IMG/VR virus record: IMGVR_UViG_3300020325_000069
Location: 1 to 25,738 of that record
DNA length: 25,738 nucleotides
From: a virus
Taxonomy: Duplodnaviria > Caudoviricetes
Reading direction: 5' to 3' (one strand)
The position numbers were made by a program, and so were the translations under genes. Below are positions 8,155-18,365 of this stretch, piece after piece; position 1 is the first letter of the stretch, and the number at the start of each line of letters is the position of its first letter. Under the pieces are notes generated by a model. It did no database searches, was not told where the DNA came from, and saw nothing but the letters and a program-made list of their open reading frames with translations.

Positions 8155-8826
8155 TTAGCTAAGTTGAATAGTAATAGTGTAATCAATTACAATAGTTCTA
8201 TTCGCTGACAATAACACAGGATGAAAAGTTACATGTGTTACCATCAAAGATTTTGTTTCATCCAATCCTGTTGGTGTTGTTACACCTGCAAGAAGACCGA
8301 TTTCATCAAAAGTAAATGCATTGACACTATCTGTATCTGTAGAACTATCTGTCACCGGTGTTTGAATTGTCGGATCAATCAGTTGTTGCATTGCTTCATA
8401 TTGAGAATGAGACATTTCAACTTTGAAGTTTACTTTTGAAGTATTTTCTGGAACTTCAACTCCTCCCATATCTTGTCCTGGCCCGAATACCTCAGTAACG
8501 ACCTCTTGTTGATATGTTTTGGAATACAATGTTGAGTTACTGGATGTAATTGGTAACCCATCATATGTAGTGAAAACTCTTGGAGAGCGGTATGATAGTG
8601 TAGTTGTTGAACTACTTCCACCATTACCAAACGCCATCCAATTGATATATGGGGCATCGCCTGAACTATTGATACTTGCTGGTTTCCCACCAAGTGCAGA
8701 AGCTAAGACATACGCCATATTTCCTGGATGTATCGCATTTCTCTTGTCTACAAGCACGGTTCCTGTCTCTTTATCTGAAATTTTCAGTGTACCGATAGCT
8801 TGTAAGTTAATTTTATCTTTAAACAT
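8155..8826 (-). CDS. Putative baseplate / tail-fibre attachment protein
   Basis: 223 aa. The pattern N.I...MAFGNGG...FDEIGL...THVTFHPV....RTIVIDYTITI resembles tail-collar/fibre N-terminal baseplate-docking domains. Preceded by a late-promoter-like motif. Confidence 0.55.
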   Translation of the reverse strand: MFKDKINLQAIGTLKISDKETGTVLVDKRNAIHPGNMAYVLASALGGKPASINSSGDAPYINWMAFGNGGSSSTTTLSYRSPRVFTTYDGLPITSSNSTLYSKTYQQEVVTEVFGPGQDMGGVEVPENTSKVNFKVEMSHSQYEAMQQLIDPTIQTPVTDSSTDTDSVNAFTFDEIGLLAGVTTPTGLDETKSLMVTHVTFHPVLLSANRTIVIDYTITIQLS

Positions 8827-8851
8827 GTTTATCTCTCTTAGTAATCTTATC

Positions 8852-8859
8852 TATTTATC
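8852..8859 (-). promoter_or_regulatory. T4-late-like promoter motif GATAAATA
   Basis: GATAAATA ends 26 nt before the first base of ATG 8826, with AGAGAG between them; same motif and spacing as at 23391-23398. It resembles the T4 gp55 late promoter TATAAATA. Confidence 0.62.
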
Positions 8860-8879
8860 TTATTTCTGGTAAGCCCCTT

Positions 8880-11800
8880 TTAAACCATATCATGAAGAAC
8901 AATTTCCATCGGACTGCCTAAAACATACACTTTGTTCGTTCCTGAACCTAAACTCATGGACAATCCAGTGTATATTCCTCTATCAGAAATAGTCAAATTA
9001 GTATTATCTTTCTTATTATAAGTCATGAACTCTATTTTACCTGTAGTTTCATTTCTTAATGCTATTAATTTCTTGTTTTCTCCTGATGCTACATTAAAGT
9101 TAGCAGGTTGATCCACTATGAGTGTTTCACCATCAAATGAACTAGCTGTAGATTCTTTTTTAACGTCTATCTTCCAGCCTCTACCAAACATGTCGTAGAC
9201 AAACAAGAATGTTTTGTCATGTGTTGTTTTCGTATCATCTGTATATTGGTCTACAAAAACAACAGACGAATCTCTAAATTCAGGTTTTATCAATCCTGTA
9301 TCAAAGTCATCTCCTTGATATCCGTCTGAACGTGTGTATCTTGTTCTTAATAATCTTCCTTGTTCATACGTTCCATCTTCTAATTCTGTTAAATTAGAGT
9401 CATCCCATCCACCACCGTCTTTAACGATATCAGAATAACGCCCATGATTGCCAAAGTCAAGTGTTATATTCATATTTTCTGCAACACTTACATCTGCATT
9501 CATTAATTCATCTTTGCCATAATATCTGATAACTTCACGTATCTTAGTATGGTATGGTTTTGCTTCTGTGATATAATCAATTACATCATCATAACTATCA
9601 CGTTGATAGATAGCATACTTTCTTAAATTTCTATTGAATAGATTTAAGTCAATGTAACTTGTTTTAAATACCCAATCTGGATATGTTTTTTCTGTATACA
9701 AGTAGTTTATCATATCAAAGTATATACGATTGATAACTTCATCTGTTGCATATGCTCTTAACATATACATTAATTCTATAATTTGAACACCGATAGCATT
9801 ATCATAATATTTTTTATTAGCAGTTGAATTATCTGGGTAAGGAATATCAGTAAATGACATTTGTAATGCACTTCTAGAACTGTTAACTAAACGCAACGTA
9901 CCTTCATGTTCAAAGTAATATTCATCTCTATCACCTAATTCTAACTTAAATGATTTAACACCTTCGTCATAAAGTTTTAACATATCAAAATCTCTTGTCT
10001 TAGAAAGATATGAAAATTTTTCTATATTTTTATATTCATCAGTTAGATACCAATCTTGATATGATAATGCAAGTTGGTCTCCGTAAAAATAATCTTTATA
10101 TTCAGGATATTTCGCTATCAAATGTGTTTTTGAAAAATGAGCATTTATTGATGATGCAAAGTTGTCTCTTGCTGACTCCAAGTTTTTGAAGTATCCACCA
10201 TCGAATGGTTTAACTCTGTAAACTCTTACAATATCACCTTTCATTAAAGGGTAAGGTGCATTTTGTTTTATTTCAATTTTTGCGTTAGCAGGATTACCGT
10301 CTGTAAATATTGTAAGACTTGTTGCATCAACAACATAACCGTCTACAGTAACTACTATATCATCTAATGTTGCATCGCCTTCATAGATATCAAGTTCACT
10401 ATAATTGGCATCTAAGAATGGTACTGGTATTCTGCCTTTAGTCAAATCTCCTAACATACTTTCATCAACAACTGTGACATTACTATATTGATACATTAAT
10501 CCAGCTAAAGAATAACTCATGTTATTCAATCCTAACTCTCCAGGTCTATCTGATGAGCCTTCTTGAATTAATTTCCAGTCAGTATGCTTTTTATCTGTGT
10601 CAGAAACAGTATTGTATTCAACACAAACATCTATTGTTGGATTTTCAAAAACATATGAGTTGTTACTGATTAATATTTTGTCAACGCTTATTGGGATAAA
10701 CTTATTTTTTATGTTACCACTTTCAATAAGCATTTTTAATTCTTCAACACTTAATGTTTTACCATCAGTAGGTTCAGAACCTTCTTCTGACCAATAGAAG
10801 TATTCAGTTATACTTCTGTTCTTTTCTGTATCAAAATATACTTTCGTTGTAAACGTAGTAATATCTTCTGGTAGTGTTTCACTCTTAGTCCATTTCTTGA
10901 CGTTAATCTCAGAACCAGGAATTAATTTGCCCCAATACTTTGAAGCAAACTTTTCTATTAATCTACCATTGGTATCTCCATAGTCGTTATATCTGTAGTA
11001 TCTTGCCAATGAAGTGTCCCACCAAATTTCACCTAGATGTTCATCTAACCATAGTTCTTTACTTGTTGGTGTATCATATCCTGCAGGATCTTCCCATGTA
11101 ATATAATCTAAATTCTTTATAATTTCACCAGGCATTTTAAGACTTAGTGGATCAAATAATTGATAGTTATAAAAGTTTTCTCCATCTTTTATAATAACAC
11201 GCCTGTGTAAATCAGAGTCAATAGTATCTGCTTGTATGTTTCTAATACTTAATGTACCTGTATTACTACGTTGTAACACAGCCCACTTACTATCATTATA
11301 ATCATCTGCCCAAATTAAAGCCTCAGCATTTAATCCCAAATCGCTATAAAACTCATCAAAAGAAGCAAATAGATACGTAGGAGAATATCTAACAGATTTC
11401 CAACGCATTGCTTTAAAGTTATTGTTACTTGTAACGGCTGTATAGTCTCTAAACAATCCAATTCTATCTAATATAGTTTGGTCTGTTCCACTGAAACTCA
11501 TAGCGACTCCAGTGTTAGTAAATATCATTCTTCCATCACTAGAAACACTAACTAAAGTATTTGTAGTTTGTGAATTTATTTGGTCTTTGAAATCTATTGC
11601 ACTAGACAATGCTCCACCAGTATTTGAATTATATGCACCAGTTGCCATACCAATATCATTCCATGCATTTCCAGATACGTTCTCTAACACTATACTTGCT
11701 TGGTCAGATGTAATAACAATTTGTCTATTTGCATTTATAGATGCCACAGTGTTACCTACATTGCCTTGTAACACTTCATTAATGTTGTCTCGTATTGTAG

Positions 11801-14800
11801 TTACCGCATTAATTTCTACAGGGTTAGTTGCAAAACCAAGTCTAAACAACGCACCTGCTGAAACTTCTTCAACATCTAGTTCGTTTGTAGTAGAAATTAT
11901 TTTAATATTAGAACCTACTTTAACTGCATTTACTCCTGTTATGTTAAGTGCATTAATTTGATTTGTAATAGACTCCGCTGTAGGATCAGAAGTAGCATCA
12001 AATGAAGAGTCTAATCCTAAAATTAGTCTTGCTGATCCTCCTATTTGTAAGTCATCATTAGTAGTTCTTATTTCCATTTGACCATTTGAGTTTATAAATG
12101 AAGACAAGTAAGATATAGAATTAACGTCTTGTGATAATAAAAATAGTTTACTTTCGATAAGAGTAGAACCAGAACTAATTAATCCCATATCAACTAAAAC
12201 ACCACCTGAAAGATTTAAATAATATTCACTTGTATCAATAACTAATTGGTTTGAAGTATTCAATGATGCAGTAATAGGTGCTACACTACCATTGATAGTA
12301 GATATAATATCTTGTACCGGAACAACACTTGCTAAGTTAATTGTTAAATCTATTGGTTCATCTCTGACAACTGTTGGAGTTGTTACTGCACTACTAGAGT
12401 TATTAAGTAGATAAGCAAATAATGGGTCCTCAGAAGGTTGAGTACCCAACGGTTGGGGATCTTGAGGTTGATTACCGAATGTTGAGTTTAATGAAGAAAC
12501 TGTACTATTAAATGTTGCTATATGAACGTTTAATGCATCTATATACGTTTGTGTATAAGGAGGGATATTTAAATTAATACTGTTTCTATAATATGTAGCC
12601 GCTACTAATTGATCCCAAACATCATCTGCGTTTCCGCCTGCAGGCACTGTTTCACCTAAAATATCTTGTCTTAGTTGTTCTAGCGCCGTAACATATTGTG
12701 AAATATAACTAGTATCTGTAAACCCTAGTCTTATAAAATAATCTTGTATAGTCATTTGATTGTCAAGTGCAGGGCTAAAATTAATAGTCTGCCCACTAAC
12801 TGAATATTGACTTGATGGTAAAGTAAAAGGTGCATCTAACCCATTATCGACTTGTATACTAGATACAGAATTAGTTGTTAAACTTGTACCTACTGTAAGT
12901 GATGATGAAGTTGATGATACAGTTTGTTGTTCAGTAGATGATGCACCAGCTTGAAATGTTATAACTGAGCCATTAACTGATAGTGACTTTGTACCAGTAA
13001 TAGTTGGATTAGCAATGCTACCAACATGTTGTATATTTCTTATCGTTACTGTTTCTTGTGATTCGCCTGTACTATCAAAAACAAGAGTACCGCCTGTTCC
13101 AATATTATCAGTTGTTGTAACACTTGTTGTTGCTTCAATACTTGTTGTATCACTAAAGTCAACAGTAACAACATTGTCATTAATTTTAAACTGGTCTCCT
13201 TGAGTTGACGTTACCCCTAAAGTACCTGTTGTTGAAGTACCATCAAATTGGATTAAAGTATTAGTGTTTGCAATAAAACCGTTTGAATTATAAACTAGAA
13301 GTCTTGCAGTTTCTCCTTCATTAACTATTGGGTCAACTGTAGTTCCAGTTATATTAATATTTGTGGCACCACCTGCTCCTGGTACATACGAAAATGATTC
13401 ACCATCTATAACTAATGTATCACCAGATTGAAAATCTGGATAACTAACTGTACCAATTGCTTCAACACCAGATGAAGAACCTGTAGGGACAAACAAACTG
13501 TTTGAAGTTGAATTGTCAATCTCAACAATTAACGGTTCATAGTTAAGTTCAAACACAAGATACTCGTAAATTATCGCTCCGTCAACTTCTCTTGTTCCAT
13601 TTTCTACAAGATAATAGTAATCTGTAATCTCTGGTTCAATTTCTGCATTCTTAATTTTTAAGTAAACACTATCTGTAGTATCTATTTGATTTGTCAACCC
13701 TAGATATAGTTGATTATCAGATGTTTCACCGACATAACCTATTTCTGCTACTTCACTTAATCTTCTTACGTCCCATTGTCTTATTGGATCAAATTGTAGC
13801 CAAGCAGTATCGCCTTCACTCAATTCATTTGTAGATAAATTTTGTAAATCATATTCTGTGTTTACTGTATAGTCTACATCTTGTCCGTCAACATAGCCCG
13901 CAGTTTTTAGAGGATATTCTTTTGGTATGTCTCTGTATACAAAAGGATTTCTTATACTATCAAATGTAACAACATGTGGATCACTCGCCATGTCTACAAC
14001 ATTAATAGTTTTGTTTTCTTTGTATCCGTTATTTAATTTTCCGTAATCAGAAATCTTAAATGCCCATACATGCTCATGTTGAATATCTTTGAAGTTGCCG
14101 TTATTATTAAGAATTCTATTAACTGCGGAGTTTGTACCTTTGTGAGATAAAAATCCTTTATAAAACTCTAATTGTGATTCTCTTTCTACACTATGATTTC
14201 TTAAATACTCTCTTGGTGTATAACCAATTTGACTTGATTTTAATCTGTTAACAATTTCTAAATTTTGGTCTACTAGTGTATCTCTAAAGAACTTACTATC
14301 ACTCGTAAGTGTTTCAAAGTTAGGTATTAGTTTATCACCGTATACTAAGAACCCATCTACGCTTAAAGTTCCATCCCAATTCTTACTTCTATTACAATCA
14401 ATAGACATACGTAAGTTTCTGTTATGTAAGAAAGGATCATATATAACATCACCAAAACTATCTACTCTATCTACAACAAATGCATGTTCAATATCTTGAA
14501 TATCAATCTTCATTCCGTACACTGGAATATTTGCTCTAAAGTTTATTGTTTTTCCGTCTGTAGTAAAAGTAATTTGATTATCTGGAACAAGTCTTCCAGA
14601 TGCATCTACTACACGATAAAAGTTTTTGAATGTTTCTCTACGTACTGATGCTACGCCATATGGTGCAGTGAAGCTACCAGTAACTAGCATTGGAGATAGT
14701 GTAATAAATTCACCAGGACCAAAATTCTCTGATGACCATTCTAAAAATTTATATAATAGTTGTTCAAAGTCTACAGTGTTTCCTTCTTCATCAACATCTG

Positions 14801-17800
14801 TAAATCCCCAACCGATAAATTCTAAATATTTTTGATAACCCAACATTAAGTGAGCAACATCATCAATATTTTCTAGTATTTGCCCGTAGTTATAAGTTTT
14901 AATTTGGTCTGTTTTAAATTCTTTGTATCCGTTTGCAGTTACAACATTTGTTTTAGGCCACTCAACTAGTTTTTTCCAATCTTCAATATTATCGTCTAGT
15001 AATGTAGTCGATGTGTGTTCACGTAGACAAACATAAGGTTGTCCTTCGTATTTCATGTAACTGTCTTTACGATAGAATGCACCTTGTTGCCATTCGTTTA
15101 AATTTTTTCTATCACCTTTAGTGTTAAATGCTTTCTCGCCACTTGTCTTGTCCCACTCCATTGCAAAGAACGTAGGATTGATATCATCATAACCTTGAAT
15201 TTTATATCCATACTTTCTTACATTAGGTTGAGAAATCATTGTCCAACTTGCATAATCAAATGTAATTGTTCCACCTGCTTCTAACGTTGTTTGTGTTGGT
15301 GATTTTCTTTTATAATATTTTCCATCTGCATCATTTAAAACAATATCGCCCGGTTTGTAATTTGTTGTGTCTGCTAATTGATATATAGGATAAGATTCAT
15401 CTAATGAAACTTTTTCAACAATCAATGCACTAAAGAATTCACTTCTGTTTGGTTCACCGGCATGAATAACTAAATCAAAGTTATCTTTTGGTATATCTGT
15501 ATATCGACTATTATTAAGTGATGTATTTTCTGCTAACAATCTAAAGTTATTAACAAAGCCACCTAATTTAGAACCTAGTTTAAATTCATATAGGTCTTTT
15601 TCTTGTAAAATATTACCTGTATTGAAACCTTCTCTTGAATTAAAAATACGAATTCCTTCTGCTACTTCATCTTTATATTCATAAAATACTTTGAAAGGTT
15701 TAGTAAGCATCATCAAGATAAATTCAATAAACGGATATTCACTTGAACGTCTCCATGCCATCTCTGTAGGAGACCCATCTCCAAACTCCCATGCTTCGTT
15801 CATTAAAGATATTTCACTGTTACCAATAGAGTTGTTAAAGAATAACCTATTAGGTGTTCTTAATACGCCTGCTCCGTCTAACGGTACCGGCTTTCCTGTT
15901 ATATTATAATTATTGAATAATGTAACCCAAAGTCCTGGATCAGTAAAATCATTACCATGACTTGCAATAAAGTCTGCTGGCATTTCAGTAAGACCGATTA
16001 CTTTGTGAGGTTCACGAACAGGATCATCTGTATTATAAACATACTGAAATATCCCTCTCCAATGACCTGGCATATCTGCATCTAGTGTTCTGTAGTTCCA
16101 AGTTTTCCAATCATTTGGATCAAATATTGTGTTGTCTAAATTATCTATATTGTTTCTAATCATCCATTTCTTAAAGAAAGGATACATTGTATAATTCTTT
16201 TCATATAGTTCCCAATCATTGGTTGCACTATCGTATGGACCATAATTAATTTTATCGTTTATAGATTGTTTTTCTGCTTCTAATCTAGCTGTTTCATCTG
16301 TTGTAGAATGAAATAAATTTAGTTTATTCCATAACAATGTCTCAAACATTAAAAGAATATCATCTGTTCTATCATTAAATTTAGGAGTTAAAGAACCGTC
16401 ATGTCCTTGAAGAAATTCTACACTGCTTTCATAATTGTCATCTTGTACAAACTTTGGTTCATACAACGGATTAATTTTTAATAAAGTTGCACTTGGTGGA
16501 ATATACGCTTCTTCAATATTATTATATCGTCTAAGTTCAATAACATCACTAGACAATACTGGCTCTACAAATTCAATTTGTACTTGGTCCATTCCATAAT
16601 CTTTTTCTCTTTTTAAGATTACGCCATTTTTTATAACTGTTAGAGTTTCAAAACTATCTTTAAATTCACCTATGTTATTTGGATAAAAGTATTGTGTCTT
16701 GCCCACCTCAGGTGTAATTTGACCTGTAGTGTAATGAGAGTTTGGCTCTCCGTAGTTTATGTTAAACAAATTATCAAAGATACTGATACTTTGTTTTTTA
16801 GATAAGCCTATAGTTTTTATTGCCTCTTCTAAGATTTCTAAATTATTTTTTGAAACTCCACCTGCATCATCTAATATTTCTCTTACAGTTGTTATAAATT
16901 TATTTTTGTAACCTTGGAATGCTGTAGATAAAAAGTCAAATGCCTTTATTGCATCATAGTCATTTCTTGTTAAAGAAAAGTAAGCATCTGATACATCAAC
17001 ACTGTTAATTACTAAGACACTTCCTTGATTGTTGTGTCTTAGTTTATCATGATTGTCGCCTTTATTTCTATAATTATTATCACCGTTTGCTTCGCCTGAT
17101 AAACCAGGTGTTGTTTCTACGATTCTTAAAAAGTGTTCATACCAAGTTGAGTAAGGCACCTGTCGGTTGTAATAAGTTTCATTATCGATATTATATTCTA
17201 ACGAATGATGTATTCTTTGAAAGCCAGTATCACCGTCTGTAGTGACAGGTCCTGCTGTACAAATATCAACGTGAACAAATCCTACAGGATCAGCATTAAC
17301 GTTAAATGTAATTGTACTACCATTTACTGAATAATTGTTTATCTGTTTTATGCCATCAATATATACATCTATCGCATTGCTATTTTTAGGAGTCTGTGAT
17401 AATTCTAATACTCTAGTTGCATTTCTTCCAAACTCTTTTCTATAGTTTCTGTAATCAAATTCTGTTGTTATATAAGTTGGTTCAAATTTATTGTTGTCTG
17501 TAAGTTTAAAAAATCCATTGTCAGGCATATCTGACTCAAACATATATTCGCTTACATAGTCACCTGATTTAATCAACGGTGTAAAACCTAACTCTTGGTC
17601 TGCTTGATAAAGTGTGCTATCTCCTAACACATATGTAAATATTTTTGAGTCTTTTAAATAAACATTATCAGAATTGAATAGTCTAAATTGCGGAAACTCC
17701 CAACTTACAACACCGTTAACTGGTGCTGGTGTCATGATAGCTAATTCGATTCTATTATCAAATTCAATGATAGGTCTTTTAGCTTGTTCAAACTTATCAG

Positions 17801-18365
17801 CATTGTTTTCATTTATAATTTCTCTGATATCATCATAATGATACCATGCATTGTTTTGACTCCACCAGTTTGTAATATTTTGTCCTTGATAGTTTGGTCC
17901 TAATCTATCAATAGTTACATAGTGTTTGTTATCGCTTCTTAGTATATCGTCTGCTGGTGCATTAGGATCTGTTTTACACCAGTAGTACATAGAATAGTTT
18001 ATAAACTTATCTAAATCGATAGGTATATTAACAGTTTTCTTTTCTGTATCAAATAATCTTCTGTGGTCATTTGTTAACGCACCTTTGTTGAAAAGTGAAT
18101 TTAACAAATCTTCATAAAATACTTTTTGATTGTCACTTGAGAAGACAGGTTCTAGCCCATAATTTTCACGTGTAAAGGCATGTGGAGGGAATGAAAGATA
18201 TATATCATTTTCATTATTAATACCTTTTTCTTTTCTACCAACATATGCTTTAACTTTCTCCATATCACTTTTGGAGAAAACTCTTTCAAGAGTAGTTTCA
18301 AAGATAGTTTCTAATTCACTATTCTGTAGATGTCCTGGTAAAAAATCATAAATCTTATTGGCCAT
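8880..18365 (-). CDS. Giant virion structural protein (3161 aa), probable baseplate wedge component (gp7-like by position)
   Basis: Directly follows and overlaps the gp6-like gene. N-terminal YDFLP..LQ motif, C-terminal DYITEAKPYHTKIRE, several VxxDG/NG...Y....I.F beta-sandwich modules, two CBM5/12-like motifs and five flagellin-IN-like repeats. Confidence 0.72.
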   Translation of the reverse strand: MANKIYDFLPGHLQNSELETIFETTLERVFSKSDMEKVKAYVGRKEKGINNENDIYLSFPPHAFTRENYGLEPVFSSDNQKVFYEDLLNSLFNKGALTNDHRRLFDTEKKTVNIPIDLDKFINYSMYYWCKTDPNAPADDILRSDNKHYVTIDRLGPNYQGQNITNWWSQNNAWYHYDDIREIINENNADKFEQAKRPIIEFDNRIELAIMTPAPVNGVVSWEFPQFRLFNSDNVYLKDSKIFTYVLGDSTLYQADQELGFTPLIKSGDYVSEYMFESDMPDNGFFKLTDNNKFEPTYITTEFDYRNYRKEFGRNATRVLELSQTPKNSNAIDVYIDGIKQINNYSVNGSTITFNVNADPVGFVHVDICTAGPVTTDGDTGFQRIHHSLEYNIDNETYYNRQVPYSTWYEHFLRIVETTPGLSGEANGDNNYRNKGDNHDKLRHNNQGSVLVINSVDVSDAYFSLTRNDYDAIKAFDFLSTAFQGYKNKFITTVREILDDAGGVSKNNLEILEEAIKTIGLSKKQSISIFDNLFNINYGEPNSHYTTGQITPEVGKTQYFYPNNIGEFKDSFETLTVIKNGVILKREKDYGMDQVQIEFVEPVLSSDVIELRRYNNIEEAYIPPSATLLKINPLYEPKFVQDDNYESSVEFLQGHDGSLTPKFNDRTDDILLMFETLLWNKLNLFHSTTDETARLEAEKQSINDKINYGPYDSATNDWELYEKNYTMYPFFKKWMIRNNIDNLDNTIFDPNDWKTWNYRTLDADMPGHWRGIFQYVYNTDDPVREPHKVIGLTEMPADFIASHGNDFTDPGLWVTLFNNYNITGKPVPLDGAGVLRTPNRLFFNNSIGNSEISLMNEAWEFGDGSPTEMAWRRSSEYPFIEFILMMLTKPFKVFYEYKDEVAEGIRIFNSREGFNTGNILQEKDLYEFKLGSKLGGFVNNFRLLAENTSLNNSRYTDIPKDNFDLVIHAGEPNRSEFFSALIVEKVSLDESYPIYQLADTTNYKPGDIVLNDADGKYYKRKSPTQTTLEAGGTITFDYASWTMISQPNVRKYGYKIQGYDDINPTFFAMEWDKTSGEKAFNTKGDRKNLNEWQQGAFYRKDSYMKYEGQPYVCLREHTSTTLLDDNIEDWKKLVEWPKTNVVTANGYKEFKTDQIKTYNYGQILENIDDVAHLMLGYQKYLEFIGWGFTDVDEEGNTVDFEQLLYKFLEWSSENFGPGEFITLSPMLVTGSFTAPYGVASVRRETFKNFYRVVDASGRLVPDNQITFTTDGKTINFRANIPVYGMKIDIQDIEHAFVVDRVDSFGDVIYDPFLHNRNLRMSIDCNRSKNWDGTLSVDGFLVYGDKLIPNFETLTSDSKFFRDTLVDQNLEIVNRLKSSQIGYTPREYLRNHSVERESQLEFYKGFLSHKGTNSAVNRILNNNGNFKDIQHEHVWAFKISDYGKLNNGYKENKTINVVDMASDPHVVTFDSIRNPFVYRDIPKEYPLKTAGYVDGQDVDYTVNTEYDLQNLSTNELSEGDTAWLQFDPIRQWDVRRLSEVAEIGYVGETSDNQLYLGLTNQIDTTDSVYLKIKNAEIEPEITDYYYLVENGTREVDGAIIYEYLVFELNYEPLIVEIDNSTSNSLFVPTGSSSGVEAIGTVSYPDFQSGDTLVIDGESFSYVPGAGGATNINITGTTVDPIVNEGETARLLVYNSNGFIANTNTLIQFDGTSTTGTLGVTSTQGDQFKINDNVVTVDFSDTTSIEATTSVTTTDNIGTGGTLVFDSTGESQETVTIRNIQHVGSIANPTITGTKSLSVNGSVITFQAGASSTEQQTVSSTSSSLTVGTSLTTNSVSSIQVDNGLDAPFTLPSSQYSVSGQTINFSPALDNQMTIQDYFIRLGFTDTSYISQYVTALEQLRQDILGETVPAGGNADDVWDQLVAATYYRNSINLNIPPYTQTYIDALNVHIATFNSTVSSLNSTFGNQPQDPQPLGTQPSEDPLFAYLLNNSSSAVTTPTVVRDEPIDLTINLASVVPVQDIISTINGSVAPITASLNTSNQLVIDTSEYYLNLSGGVLVDMGLISSGSTLIESKLFLLSQDVNSISYLSSFINSNGQMEIRTTNDDLQIGGSARLILGLDSSFDATSDPTAESITNQINALNITGVNAVKVGSNIKIISTTNELDVEEVSAGALFRLGFATNPVEINAVTTIRDNINEVLQGNVGNTVASINANRQIVITSDQASIVLENVSGNAWNDIGMATGAYNSNTGGALSSAIDFKDQINSQTTNTLVSVSSDGRMIFTNTGVAMSFSGTDQTILDRIGLFRDYTAVTSNNNFKAMRWKSVRYSPTYLFASFDEFYSDLGLNAEALIWADDYNDSKWAVLQRSNTGTLSIRNIQADTIDSDLHRRVIIKDGENFYNYQLFDPLSLKMPGEIIKNLDYITWEDPAGYDTPTSKELWLDEHLGEIWWDTSLARYYRYNDYGDTNGRLIEKFASKYWGKLIPGSEINVKKWTKSETLPEDITTFTTKVYFDTEKNRSITEYFYWSEEGSEPTDGKTLSVEELKMLIESGNIKNKFIPISVDKILISNNSYVFENPTIDVCVEYNTVSDTDKKHTDWKLIQEGSSDRPGELGLNNMSYSLAGLMYQYSNVTVVDESMLGDLTKGRIPVPFLDANYSELDIYEGDATLDDIVVTVDGYVVDATSLTIFTDGNPANAKIEIKQNAPYPLMKGDIVRVYRVKPFDGGYFKNLESARDNFASSINAHFSKTHLIAKYPEYKDYFYGDQLALSYQDWYLTDEYKNIEKFSYLSKTRDFDMLKLYDEGVKSFKLELGDRDEYYFEHEGTLRLVNSSRSALQMSFTDIPYPDNSTANKKYYDNAIGVQIIELMYMLRAYATDEVINRIYFDMINYLYTEKTYPDWVFKTSYIDLNLFNRNLRKYAIYQRDSYDDVIDYITEAKPYHTKIREVIRYYGKDELMNADVSVAENMNITLDFGNHGRYSDIVKDGGGWDDSNLTELEDGTYEQGRLLRTRYTRSDGYQGDDFDTGLIKPEFRDSSVVFVDQYTDDTKTTHDKTFLFVYDMFGRGWKIDVKKESTASSFDGETLIVDQPANFNVASGENKKLIALRNETTGKIEFMTYNKKDNTNLTISDRGIYTGLSMSLGSGTNKVYVLGSPMEIVLHDMV

